From contig CP158635.1 in NCBI GenBank assembly GCA_050273025.1, positions 24,428,001 through 24,492,000 of the forward strand: a stretch of 64,000 nt of DNA. Reading direction: 5' to 3'. The notes under the pieces were generated by a model. That model was not told where the DNA came from. It saw only the letters and a list, made by a program, of their open reading frames with translations, and made no database searches. Shown here piece by piece: positions 50,800-64,000 of this stretch. Within the stretch, counting starts at the first letter, position 1. Each line of letters starts with the position of its first letter. The translations under genes and the position numbers were made by a program. The DNA is from Cenococcum geophilum. Taxonomy: Eukaryota.

Positions 50800-51838
50800 T
50801 AGGTGCCGTAAACCTAATGGACTACTTATAACCGCCTATAAACTTTAAAGATAATATTAACGCGCTATTTAACCTCTACGCGCTCCTTTTCTAAAACGTC
50901 CTTACACTAGTAACCTATAGGAACTATTCCTTAGCAGTTAATAGCTAGGAGTCATACTACGTACTTAAAGGAGTCTTCCCCTACCTAGTAAAGCCGTATA
51001 AACTAGGCAAATAGATTACCTGCTGCGCGTTTAGTACCTCCTAGCTATAAATAGGTAGACTTAAGGCCGAAACCTTATAAGCCTATATCTCCGCAATTCG
51101 CTCGCGCTACGTAGATTACGGCTTCTTAATTATAGCATTTAAGGATCCTATAGTACACCGATTACTTACTAAAGCAGCTACTATCTCTCCCTTAGTAAAA
51201 AAGGATAAGTAACCCATTACTGGGGACATTTTAGCCTAGGTAGTAATACACGGCCTATTACTACTAGATATTAACACTAATGCCGTATTTACCCTCGCAT
51301 TTACTAGATTTCTATAGATAGGCAAGATTACGTATACTATGGCGGAGCTTAAGAACCAAACGACCTTCCTAGCAAAAAAGGCCACTTAATATAATATTAC
51401 CTTTACGCCTAGTAGGATAATAGTCCGCCTTAAATAGAGCAAAGCCGATAAGTAATACTAGGGCGTTAGCGTCGCTATTGCGGTAGTAGGCGGCCTATTA
51501 TACCCAGTTACTGCTATAACAAAGCTGTTTAATAGGGACCCTTAACCCCTTAACTCTCCCTTATTTAGTCTTAATACTAAACCCTTTACCTCTCTAGGGG
51601 TTTATAAGATCTTTCCTCTTATCTAGTAGCTGCTAGGATTAACCTAAGTAGTTACTTAAACTACTCTTTCCGCTAGGGCGCTACCCAGTTTACTAAAGAT
51701 TTAGGGTATTTATATTAGCAAATTCAGCAGCTAGATTGGTGGTTATTAGAAGCCTTTTACCTATATATTAAAACTAAGACCACTAACTTCTATTGCCTTA
51801 ACTCTTACTTCTAGTATAGTATACCGCTCTTAGCGTAA
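50800..51838 (+). pseudogene. Tyrosine recombinase of a DIRS/Ngaro retroelement, RIP-degraded
   Basis: T..AYISAIRS.(H)VD.G, AFT.FL(R).G(E)ITY, RLK.SKADK, (C)PV.A, (H)SFR(R)GA (~51665) and IQQL(G).W..EAF.LY. Confidence 0.85.
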
Positions 51839-51962
51839 GGATTACTAGGTAGTAGGTTAAGATATTAAAAGGGCCGCTAAGGCGCTAGTAGTAAGCAAGC
51901 TAATAATAATTTTCTATACCGGGTAGAGAAAATCCTAATTAGTTAGCTTATAACTTAGGGTT

Positions 51963-52127
51963 GGCAGAATATAGTAGAATATAATAATATAGTAGAACTT
52001 AGCAGAATGCGATAATATAGCAGAATTTAGCAGAATGCGATAAGGTGGCAGAATTTGGCAGAATATAATAAGGTAGCAGAATTTGGCAGAATATAACAAT
52101 ATGGCAGAATATAGCAGAATGCGGTAA
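51963..52127 (+). repeat. Tandem array of about 28-bp units built from GGCAGAAT/AGCAGAAT, probably the terminal region of the YR element
   Basis: Directly visible. Confidence 0.75.
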
Positions 52128-55100
52128 TGTCTTATTAGGCGTAAAAGCTTCGCTTAGGGATATATAGCCGCTTTAGGGCAAATCCTTAGCAGATTTAAGT
52201 GCTAGGAACTAGTAAAACTGTTATAGACGCTTTAAGTACAATGTTATAACTACTTAGAGAAGAATCAGAAGAAGCTAGTTGGTTAATTTAGGCACGGTTT
52301 AGAATGGAGCCGATAGAACTATATAATGAAGAATAGTAACTAAGGTCACATAATGTAATCTATATAATCTGTATAATCTGTGTAATCTATAATAGAGTAG
52401 ATAGAGTATACGTATATTATATATAAGAAGGATTTTATAGGAGTACGGTTATATACTTAAAGGACTACAGTCCCTACCTAGATAGTTCCTTCCTTATAGT
52501 GATTCTTAGAATATAATTAGAGTTAATCTGTTAGGCAACTACTCCACTAGTTATTATTACGTTGTTAACTTTAATTTGCATTACCTATACACCTAGCCTA
52601 ATAATAAGCCTACCGTAGTACTTGCTACAAGGTTCCGTTATATAATTACTACCTAGTTACGGTATTAAATATAGAAAGTTAAACAATATACCACCAAAGA
52701 CAGCCACCATGACGCTATTAACGGCGGCAACTACTTTAAGGTTAGGTAACACCAGTATGGCAGATACTAATTTACAATAACCTGTGATGGTTAGATAGTT
52801 ATAAGAGGTAATTAACTAGTTAATAAAAAATAATACGGCGCTAGAAGAAAGGGTTAATGGGATAGAAGCGGTAAGGGTTAAGCTACTATTAATTAAAAGA
52901 TTCTTAGGAGAAAGATTAAAGCTTAAGGGATTCCTTACGTAAATATACTTTAAAGTTACGCAAGAAGGGGTAAAGCTACCGACACCTATAGATTGAATAG
53001 CCTATATAGGACTATTCCTATTAGGAAGAGCACTTAAGTGGTTTAAGCCTTACCTTACGGAGATATAGGTAAACGGAATAACAACCACTAATTAAGAAGT
53101 GCGATTTATATTCTTAAGCTAGGAAGGGTTTACGGAGCGACTTACGCAAATATTTAGAGACCCGGAGTTAGTAACCATGGCAAAAAAAAAACTCTAAGAT
53201 ATTATGTAATAAACCTTAGTAATTAAGTATATAACGTAGTTCCAGACATTAGTAATATAAGTAGAGTAGAATAATAAGGCGCTTATAGTATAGTATAAAT
53301 AGGGACTTAAGGCTAAAGTCTAGGACGCGATTATTCTAATAGAAGATACGGACACCCTATAGGATTTAATAGATTAAGCAATTGAGATTAATAATTAGAT
53401 CTACTAAAAGGAACAGGCTAAGAGAAGCTAGGATAGAGTTCTATAGTTATATAAGGCGTAGAGTACATAACGACTAAAACTAAGCTAGAAACTATAGTAT
53501 GGCGCAGAGCTAATGGACCTAAGTAGTACTAAAGAAGCCTATAAGAGATGGAGTAAGAAACTGTAGAAACTTAGAGGTTAAGGATTTAGTAATTATAGGA
53601 CTAAGAAGTAGAGGCTAAACTAGGGATTTTAGCAGTAGAAGATGTTTAGGCGGACTCTATAACAGAGTTAATGGTTTAAAGATAGAGCTTATATAAATTA
53701 TGGAAAATAAGGTTACTTTATAAGGGATTATAAAAATAGTTAGAGTTACTATATAATAAAGGGAACTAGACTAATAGTAAAAGATATATACGTATAGAGG
53801 GATAATAGTATACTATAAGAAACAAAAGAATGTTTAATTAAAAGTTTTGCGTTCTGTTATAATAACGCATACCAAATTTATAAAGACGCTAAGTATGGCG
53901 TAAGCTATTAGCTATAGGAGCTAATAACCTTAGAATATAGAGGAACCAATAAACTAGTTTATAGATTAGATATTAAAGACAATAAGTTTAATATAGGCGA
54001 AATATTTTATAACGATAAGGTAATAAAGGCAGCTTACTAGGAGTATATAAACCTTAAAGATGTTATAATAGAGGTAGAGAATAATTCTACTATAGAATAG
54101 GGAACATTAGTAGGGATTAAGACCCCACTAGATACAATATCTATTGCTTTATAAGACGTAAGAGAAGTAGGATAGCGAACTACTTCGGTACTTAATAAAG
54201 GCAAAAGGCTAAAGGCTTAAGACTCTTAAGATCAGATAAGAGACGACTAAAATTCTTAAGACGAAATAAGGTAGACCTAAGGACCTATAACGGACAGTAA
54301 CTAATAGAGTAGGGTAATAGCTTAGTTTAAAGATATATAAATAAGCTTAGGATAGAGTTTCCTATAGGTATAAGACTTTTAAGATAAGATAAGTAAGATT
54401 TAAGACTCTTAAGATAAGATAAGAATACCTAAGCCTAGTTAGACTAAGGTAAGAGCAAAGCTTAAGTTAGAAGTAAGCTTAGGATTAAGAATCCTATGGA
54501 ACTAAGACTTTGAGATATAAATAAGGACTATTAATAAGATTAAGAAGTAGGAAGACTTTAAGGATCTACTCATAAGGCGAAAACTAAAAGAGACTATAGC
54601 AGAATTTAGAGTAAGAATTATTGTATAGTAATAATAGAAATTGGATTAGAGAATTAATATACTAGGATATATAAGGGATAAAGCGCTAGTATAAAGAATT
54701 ACTAATAGGCCTAGAGTAGGTATACTAAGAGCTAAGTGGCTTACTAAATTGGAAAATAAAGAGGATCTAGGGATTTTAACTAGGTTTAAGGAATAATACA
54801 TTAAGGGCTGTTATAATGCAGTAATAAGAAGATACTTCCTTACGGACGAGCCGTATATACTTTAGTAGCTATACTAAAAGTGGTATAGGCAAAGGTATAA
54901 TGATAAGTAGGAAGATTTCTATATATAGTTGGATAAGAAAGTTATCTAGGACCACCTAATTATAGAAAAGGCAATAAATTATATTAAAGGAGCCTTAATT
55001 ATAATATTAAAATATTTAGAGGAACGATTAGAGGACTAGAGGAGCGAAAGATGCATCTTAGTACCTGCGAACAAAGTTGCGACGTTTAGATTAACACGAT

Positions 55101-56004
55101 AGAGGTTTAAACTTAAGGATAAAGACGAGCTAAGAGTTAACCTAAAGCACTAAGCATATTATATATTGGTATAGATTATATATATAGATAATATATATAC
55201 CATATATAGAGCACCTAAAGATAAGTACTGGAAATACCTTATAAGGATATATTGGATAATAAAAGAATAAAAGTACTAAAATACTAAGTATATATATAGC
55301 TAGCATCTAGTAGAAGTTTAGGAGTTAGGAGACTTAATATTTTAACTAGGAAGATTCCTTAAGGAAGAATACCTAGACGGATAACAGTAGTGGGAATGCT
55401 TAGAGAATACGTATTTATAGTATATTAAGGATAAAAAGCGAACTAAGTATAAATAGGATTAAGCAGCTAATAGTTAGGAAAAGTAGAAGCCTATAAAACT
55501 AGAGGGAACTAGTAATAGAGCCTTAGACCCTTAAAGGAATTTAAGGATAACACCTAAATCTATAGGTTAAGTAGTAAGATTAATAGTTTAAAGTACTAAT
55601 AGATAGTAGAGTAATAAGGAACCATATCTTACTAATAGTAGTTAAAAGAATGGGATTACTATATAGGAAGAAGGAGTACCCTTACCTATTAGTAATAATT
55701 TTAGAAGATCCAATAGCCTATAAAGGAGGCATTATTAATCTTAAAACAGGACCTATTTAGTTAACCATTAAAGGAAGATAAATTAAGATATCTTTTAATA
55801 TATTACTATTAGGGAATAATAAGGCAGTACTAGGGATGCCTTAGTTACAGGAATACAATCTAAAGATTAATTGGGTTATAGGTTAGGTCGATATTAGAAA
55901 TACTTAACGCTATAAAATGCAATAATAAACTAAGTTAGTATAGTACTAAGTTAGAGTGATATACGAAGAGACTAAGCGAGGCTTAAGTTATATACTAAAG
56001 AGAT

Positions 56005-59000
56005 TATCACAGCACTGACCTGACGCATACTGTTTCATACTATCTCGTACTATTTCCTACTATTAGCTGGCCCACCACTAGCGACTTGGCGGCCGGCCCT
56101 ACTATTTATATACAATACCCCCTTTCTACCTTCTTCCCCTCTTTATACTATAACGTAGTTATTTAGTCTACTTTATTATAGCACTATAACAGTTTGTAGT
56201 ATCTTTAATTTACGCCCTATCGCAATTACTAATTCCCTATACCCTAGCCAATTAACCTCCGCCCCAAAGCAATTACGACCTACGCGTACCCCTGCTAAAA
56301 CTAATACGCCCCTAGCACAGTCCTAGAACGATCCTTAGTTTTTACCTAGCGCCTAGATAGGTGATATTAATGACACCGAAATAGCCAAAACCTAAAACCC
56401 CTACGACGTTTTCGCAGACCTCTTTATAGAGATATACCCCAATATTACGTAGACAATCCGCCGCTTCCCACTATACCCTAAGACCTTTAAGCCTAGTAAA
56501 GCTTACCTTACCCTTATTAACTATACCAATAAGTTCCTTAGCAATATTAAAGTAGGGCTATAGTATATATATAACATAAATACCGCCAATAAGAAAGCTA
56601 ACAAAAACCTTAGTACCTTTATTGCTTCCTAAATAGGAACTATTAACTCCTAGGTAAAGACTATCACCATTCTAAAACAATTAACCCCTATAATAATAGT
56701 AGTAACCTAGTAGAAAAAACAGAGATCTAAAGACCCGCTAATATTTAGCGGAAAAGGTACCCTACTAGAATAATAAGCTAATTTTAAGACCTAGTATATT
56801 AAGATTAAGGGAGTCTTTAACCGGGACTAGGACTACTTTAACACAGTTTAGTCCCAGATCCTTTATATCTCGGATATACTAGAGAATAAGGCCTATAAGT
56901 TTATTAAGTAGGGCCTAGAGCTTATATATAAGAACCTAAATAACACATCTATATAGAAATGGCCTACTAAGGAAGATATGCTTAAAGACCTTATTACCTA
57001 CTATAAGGTCCTTAACATAACCTAAGTTATAAAGAACAAGCTTAACTATTTCCCCTAGGGCAAGCGTAATTACTAGTCCTAGAAGGGAAAGCTTAATAAG
57101 CTAATAGTTTACACTAAGAAGACAGATAAATAGAAGGTGGACCTACTCTAAAAGTTTATCTCTCTAAAGATAGAAGAGCTAGTACTTAGACTTACCTATA
57201 AAATTAATGACAGCGACTATATAGGTTAGAGTAAGTAGATAGATATATTTACTAAGAACCTTACAAACTATACACACTAAGCCAACCTTAAGAAGAACGC
57301 TAACTACTACCTACCTACCCAAGCCCCTGCCCCTATATTGACCCTAACCCTAGCAGTAACTAGAGAACCTATAGACCTTAATAAAATCTTAGATACGGAG
57401 CGTAAGCGCCGCGTTAATAATAGACTATACCTTACCTATGGCCTGCCTAGCCACTAGAAGGATGCTTATAACCCTACTAAGATAGTAAACCTAGTCCTAA
57501 TACTACCCTATTAAATGATATGAACTAATAACCGCGGACGCAGTAACTGTAGAGTTTATTATAGACGCTTAACCGCGGAGCCTATTATAGCCGCGGTAGA
57601 CGACCCCTCCCCTTTAACCCTATAGCTTAGTTACTTTAAACCATGCCCTATATAGAAGCCTAACCCGTTAACAATACCTAGTATTAGTAACTTCGCGCTA
57701 GCGAATACAAACACGGCCACGTTATTAGCGAGGTATTATCTTCTTATACCCTAACCAAAATTAAAACTAATACCGCCAGCTAAACAGACACTAGACCGCC
57801 CTGCTAAGACAGCCCTATACCCTAGTTATTAAAAGGCAGACCCTTAGACTAAGTCGTATTTAAGGGTCTAAACTATATAAAGAGGAAGACAAGAAGATTA
57901 GGTCCCTATTACTAGATTAATTAGTCCTTTCTATTAGTAAACTACTACTTAATCTTAAATTAGTAAATAGTAATAAAAAATTAATCCTTATTTAAACCTA
58001 ACTCTCCTTATTATATAACCTATACCCCTAAGTTTATATTAATATAGTAAGCCTAGTAGACTCTAGTAGTACTATAATAGCATTTACCGACGTAGAGTCT
58101 ATTGTAAGAAAGTATAATATTATAACTAAGAAGCTGCTAGCACTTAGGCCACTGCGCCTTATAAATAGCATCCCAACTTCGCTTATTACAGACTATTTTT
58201 TTTTATTTTTATATCCGTTGTATTATTATTACAGACTACTTTACTACCTAAATGTTAATCGGCCTCCATACTAAAGCTATGCTCTTTTTTATTACTAAAC
58301 TCTCGCCCGCTACCCCAATTATCCTAAATATACCCTAGCTTTAGAAGCACGAGCCCTATCCTAGCTTTAGGAAACTTAAGATCCGCTTTAACTTAGACTA
58401 CTACTTTAGGCACTACCTCCCGTAGAGGATAACCAACGTTAGCAGAGACGCCCTATATAGATACTCAGCACTACTAAGCCTAGTGCTTAGGACTATATAC
58501 AAAGCCCTAATAATAAAAGACGTTCCTAATAAAGGGGAGCCCGTATAGCTGCAAAGAAACAAAATAGTAAAAGACTAGACTACCCTAGCACTTAAGACTA
58601 AAATAACGGGCTAGCCAGCCCTACTAAGACTAAGGAAGAAGGTCTACTTTATACCACTACTATTAAAAATCCAACCCCAACCTAGGCACTATTTAAACCC
58701 CAGCCGTTTAGCCTAACACCTAAAACTAAGCCATATACCATATACGCACACTACAGCTCGCGTTACAGCAAGGACTAGCTATAGAATTACTAAGACCCGG
58801 ATAATAGAAACCGCGCCACCGTAACGTCCAACCTTATACCTATCTCCCGCGTGTACTATATAGGGCCACCGCCTCGTTTCCGCTCCCCCGGGCTAACTAA
58901 GCTATATTAGCCTAGCTATAGCACCAGAGAACTAAATACGCCCCAACCTAGACAATATTAAATACACTTATGCTATTAATTTTACCTAGTTCTATAAACA

Positions 59001-62000
59001 AAAAGATATAAAGGTAATAAGGATCTATATAGCGGAGCTAGTAGAACTAGTTAAACAAGATAAGCACTAACAGCTACTTAAAGAGCTGCCTATAGGCCTA
59101 ATAGAAGTACCAAACCTATTATAAAGGTCTTTCCGCCGGCTAGTAGAAGGCAACTATATAATAAAGGAAGCCCGTAAAGTGCTCCCCCCCTATTTCTATA
59201 ACTTCCTTAAGATAAATCTAAAAACTAAACCTAAGCTTTTACGTCGGAAAATAGTTAACACCAATATTAAAAAATTCCTAAAAGGCAAACCAGGATTAAC
59301 CCGCGAAGATATTCTACAACGCCTACTAAAGGAGTTTAGTAAATATATTAAGCACTTCCTCCCTAAGAATATAGATAAGCTACCCCCTCACTAACTATAG
59401 GACTATAAAATTAAGATTACTCCTAAAAACTAGGCCCTATACTATAAAAATAGACCACTCTTATCTACTAAACTTAAGTGTGTAAAAAAGTAGATTAATA
59501 AGATACTAGATAAGGGTTTTATCCGCGAATTAACCTTACTAGCTACTATACTACTCCTCCTTGCTGCTAAGCCCGGCGGCGGTATATAAATCTACTATAA
59601 CTACTAAGGCCTAAACATAGTCACTATTAAGAATTAATACCCACTACCACTAATCTATAAGACACTTAACGCACTTTATAGTGCTAAGTACTTTACTAAA
59701 CTTAATATAATTACTATATTTAACCGGATCCGGATTGCAAAGGGCTATAAGTAACTTATAGTATTTATTACCTAGTTCGGACTCTATAAGATACTAGTTA
59801 TACTATTTAGCCTCTATAATATACCCGCTACGTTCTAAAACTATATTAACTATATTCTATATAACGCCCTTAATAACTACTATACTGCCTACCTTAATAA
59901 TATCCTTATCTTTTCTAAAAACACGCGTTAAGCACACTAAGTATATAAATAAAGTTATTTAAAGACTTGGCAATACTAGACTTTAGATTAATATTAATAA
60001 GTCTAAGTTCTACTCTACTAAAATAAAATACCTTAGCTTAATTATTTTAACTAATAGCATAACTATAGACCCTAAGAAGGTACAGGCCTTATAGAAATAG
60101 AAGGACCCAATATTAATTAAAAAACTATAACAATTTCTTAGCTTCGCGAACTTCTACCAACGATTTATCTAAGGCTACTCTACTATTACTATACCTATAA
60201 TAAAACTCCTAAAGAAGGATATTGGATAGCTATAAGGACCAGAACAAGCTAAATCGTTTAAGGCCCTTAAGGGAGCCTTTACTTTAGCACTAGTACTAGC
60301 ATACTATAACTACACAAAAAAAACAGTGGTAAAGATAAATATATTAAATTAGGCTTCCGGCGGAGTCCTTTCCCAGTATAATAATAATAGAAAATTAAGA
60401 CTGGTCGCATTCTTCTCTATAAAGCACTCTACGCTAAAGTATAACTATAAAATCTACGATAAAGAACTCTTAGCTATTATTAAAGCTTTAGAGAAATAGC
60501 GTCCTAAGCTATAAGGGACTAAGGAGCCGTTTAAAATTATTACCAACTATAAAAACCTATAGACGTTTATAACTACTAAGTAGCTAAACTAGCGCTAAGT
60601 CTAGTAGGCAGAGTTTCTTTTATAATTTAACTTTATAATTATATACAGACCTAGCAGTAAAGCTATACTCCCTAACGCCCTAAGCTAGCTACTAGGAATA
60701 AGGCCTAAGGACGCTAATAATAAACGCCTCCGCCACTAAGCCTAAGTCGTTATACCGCCCTAAAAAGTTAACCCTATAATCTTAGAAGAATTACTATATA
60801 AGTCCTATAACTCTAATAACGCGGAGTTTATAGCCGCTTTAGACCCTAAAATAGCTAAAAAGTTACTAAACAAGTTAATTTAGCTAGGATACTAGAAGAA
60901 CAAACTCGCAAGAGATATAGTAGTAGCCCTATATAATTGGAAAGCTCACTATTAGCTAAAGAAGATTAGGAAATTACTTTATTATAATAAGTTAGAATAT
61001 AGTATTGTTAACGGACAGATCTACTTTTGCTAATATCTCTTTGTCCCTAACGCCCTAGACCTCCGCCTAGAAGTTACCTATTACTCTTATAGCAGCGGCC
61101 CTATTAGTTACCCTAGCCAGGTTAAGACTTTTAACCTCTTAAACTAAATATACTGGTAGCTAGGAATCTCCCAGTTTATAGCTACCTTTATTAAAGACTA
61201 TACCCTATACTTTCGCACTAAAACCCCCTATTCTGCCCCGCCCGGTTTCCTAAAGCTATTAAAATTACCCGCTCGCCTGTGGACTAATATCTTAATTAAT
61301 TATATTATAACGCTGCCGGTATGCTAACGCCACGGTAAAGTATATAAATATATCCTTATTATTATAGACCGCCTAACTAAAATATAACACCTTGTTTTAG
61401 TAACAGGACTCTTAATAGAGGAGCTAGTTAATAACTTTATTAATAATGTATATAAGCTCCATGGTATACTAAGCATAATTATCTCTAATTACGGTATATA
61501 ATTTATTAGCAACTTCTAGCAATAACTAAGTAAACACCTTAAGATAACCTTATAACTAAGCTTAGCCTAATACCTAGAAATAAACGGCCAAACTAAAATT
61601 ATTAACGCTGCTATAAATAAATACCTTTATGCTTTTGTTAGCTTTATATAGGACAACTAGGTTAACTACCTACCGCTTACTAAGTTTACTATAAATAACT
61701 AAGTTAATAAGAGCATAGGCATCTCCCCGTTTTTTATAAACTATAGCTTTAACCCTCGCCTTAGAATTAAGCCTGCTGGCCCCTACCCACTAACACTATT
61801 AGCATAAGTAAAGAAGGAGTTCTTCTATACAGACTCTATAGGTAACCGCTTTAAGCGGATATTAATATAGCTTAAGGCCTTAGCCTAGATTTTATAGTAA
61901 CGCTATAAAGATAATGCTAATACCTATAGGGATAAGAGCGCGTTATTCTACGAAGGCGATATAGTTATGGTTAGCTTAGAAAATATAAAGATAAATAGAC

Positions 62001-62962
62001 CTAAGAAGAAATAGGGCGACAAATAGGACGGCCTATACCCCGTACTCGTAGTATACTAAGGGGTAGTTATAGTAGACCTTCTAGACTATATCTAAGTAAA
62101 TAAATCCTTTTATATATCTAAGGTCCGCCTCTAAGCTATTAAAGAGATCCCTAGCTAAGCAAATATTAATACCGCAAAGCGCCGTAATATATAAGGACGA
62201 GTGGTAGAGAGAGATAATAACGGCAATATAAAAGATAAATAGGAGTTTAAGAAAATCCTTAATATACATAACGAAGACCCCTAGGGCCTAACTTATAAGA
62301 TTAAATGGAAATATTATAAGGATACAACCTAGCAGCTAGAGGAAGACCTAAAGGGTTACGAATAAGCTGTATAGCGCTTCTATAAGCAACACCCTAAGAA
62401 GCTAAGACCCCTAGACTAGGTATAAGATAAGGAAAAGTTATGCCGAAGTCGCGGCCGACCACTATATTAAAATTTATAGTGGTTAAGATGTTATAGAACT
62501 TCAACCGGCGGTTAAAGTTATTTAATTAGCTAAATTCTTGCTAAGAAACGCCACACGGATCGATTTAGGTGGTAGTGTAGAGTTCTACCAACCTTACTCA
62601 CTAAACTAACTAATTAGGATTTTCTATGCCCGGTATAGAAAATCGCCATTAGCTTGGTTAAGGGTAGTAAGCGGAACTAATATCTTTACGGTAAAAAATA
62701 GGCAACCCCGTATACTGCCTATTTTTAAGTTATCTATTTAGTTTAGGGACCAAACTATCTAGGAGAGAGAAGTACTGTTACGGTACTGACCTAACGCATA
62801 CTGTTTTATACTGTCTTGTACTATTTCCTACTATTAGCTAGCCTACCACTAGCGACTTAGCGGCCGGCCCTACTATTTATATATAATACCCCCTTTCTAC
62901 CTTCTTCCCCTCTTTATACTATAACGTAGGTATTTAGTCTACTTCATTACAGCACTATAACA
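56005..62962 (+). mobile_element. Ty3/gypsy chromovirus G, full length
   Basis: 187-bp LTRs at 56005-56191 and 62776-62962, TSD GAGAT and PPT AGGAGAGAGAAG. Gag knuckle ~57425, protease LVDS ~58053, RT YL(DD)ILI ~59890, RNase [12 protein letters not shown] ~60443, integrase ~61100-61750 and chromodomain ~62240. Confidence 0.93.
58196..58225 (-). mobile_element. Tiny 5'-truncated poly(A) retroinsertion in the protease of G
   Basis: A T-rich tail plus about 15 bp, flanked by the 13-bp direct repeat TTATTACAGACTA (58183-58195, 58226-58238). Confidence 0.6.
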
Positions 62963-64000
62963 GAGATACTATAAGTATAGCAAAAATCTATAGTTACTAG
63001 AAAGTAAAAAGCTATTAGAATATACAGTATAGGACTATAAAATAGAGTTAAAACTAGGAATAAGTTTAAGGTTTTTTCTAACCTATAAGCTTACCGAGGA
63101 AAAAGGTAGAGTATTAAAAGAGTTTATCTAGGAAAATCTACAAAAGGGATATATTAGACCATTGTAGTTATTAGCGGGTTATCTAGTACTATTTATATTA
63201 AAGAAGAATGGTAAACTAAGGCTGTATATTAACTATAAATAGTTAAACAGTATCACTAGAAAGAATAGGTATCCTTTACCCTTAATTAGCAAAATCTAAG
63301 ACAGGATAGGCAACGTATAAATCTTTACAAAGATAGATCTAAGATAGGCGTACTATTAGATTAGGATTAAGGAAGGCAACGAATAAAAGGCAGCCTTTAG
63401 GTTAAAGAAAGGACTATATAAACTATTAGTTATACAATTCGGGCTTATAAATGTACTAGTAACGTTCTAGAAGCATATTAACAATATATTAAAAGAATAC
63501 TTAGATGAATTTATTATAGTATACCTTAACAATATTATTATCTACTTAATAAGTAAGGAAGAATATAGAGAACACGTTAAATAGGTTTTAAAGAGACTAC
63601 AGGAAGAATAGATGCTAGTAGTAATTAAGAAATGCGAGTTCTTTATTAGGAAGACCAATTTTGTTAAATTTATTATTAAACTAGGCTAACTTAGTATAGA
63701 TCTAAGGAAGATTAAGGCTATAGTGAATTTGTAAAAACTAGAGAACATTACGTAGCTAAGATTATTTTTAGGGTTTTGCAATTACTATAGAAGGTTTATA
63801 GCGTAATAGTTAAAGGATATTAAACTATTTACGCGATTAATAAAGAAAGAAGAACTATAGGCATGGGGAGAGGAATAGAAAGGACTCTTTAAAAAAGTTA
63901 AAGAGTTATTTACCTAGGAGCTAGTTCTTAAGATCTATTAACTAAAACTAGAGACGGTTATAGAAACAAATATATTAGACTATGTTTTTTTATTTTTTAT

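Larger units (their letters stand above)
52219..63984 (+). mobile_element. Ty3/gypsy element B' (A/B family); its 3' part lies outside the window
   Basis: The 424-bp LTR at 52219-52642 matches the B LTR. Gag begins ~52688 and is collinear with B through protease, RT (~63520) and the start of RNase H. It is interrupted by G. Confidence 0.9.

Noticed and set aside
50800..51838. Starship captain or phage integrase
   Set aside because: The adjacent DIRS-type RNase H and the short HSFRRGA-type YR indicate a YR retrotransposon.
1..64000. Alternative genetic code with TAA/TAG read-through
   Set aside because: Stop positions differ between sibling copies and follow the CpA>TpA / TpG>TpA pattern, as expected from RIP.

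Overview
This window is AT-rich fungal (ascomycete-type) DNA made almost entirely of nested transposable elements degraded by repeat-induced point mutation (RIP). The evidence is abundant TpA, depleted CpA/TpG, and TAA/TAG stops at Gln/Trp codons. I find no intact gene. Target-site duplications (TSDs) let the nesting be rebuilt. A RIP-mutated host TPR-CHAT protease gene (299-2183 plus 49704-~49940, minus strand) was split by a solo LTR and by Ty3/gypsy element A (2184-49703). A contains sibling gypsy B (3123-21585), Copia F (25203-31333), a Tad1-like LINE (31991-38666), gypsy H (39643-45636) and a repeat-filled non-autonomous DNA element (45956-48298). B contains a piggyBac (6589-8822) and three small non-autonomous LTR elements, D, E and C; D holds a 1.38-kb near-perfect palindrome. 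The LINE holds a head-to-tail Helitron2-like insert, and H holds a solo LTR. Downstream are a DIRS/Ngaro tyrosine-recombinase retroelement fragment and a third A/B-family gypsy (52219 to the window end) containing gypsy G (56005-62962). The most notable observations are a hairpin module shared by the 3' non-coding regions of three unrelated retroelement classes, a piggyBac with an apparent 2-bp AT TSD, a palindrome that appears to have formed or been homogenised after RIP, a set of mini-elements sharing signals with Copia F, and the RIP-inactivated TPR-CHAT gene. All calls were made by eye. Element edges are near-exact where TSDs are given; coding boundaries are approximate.
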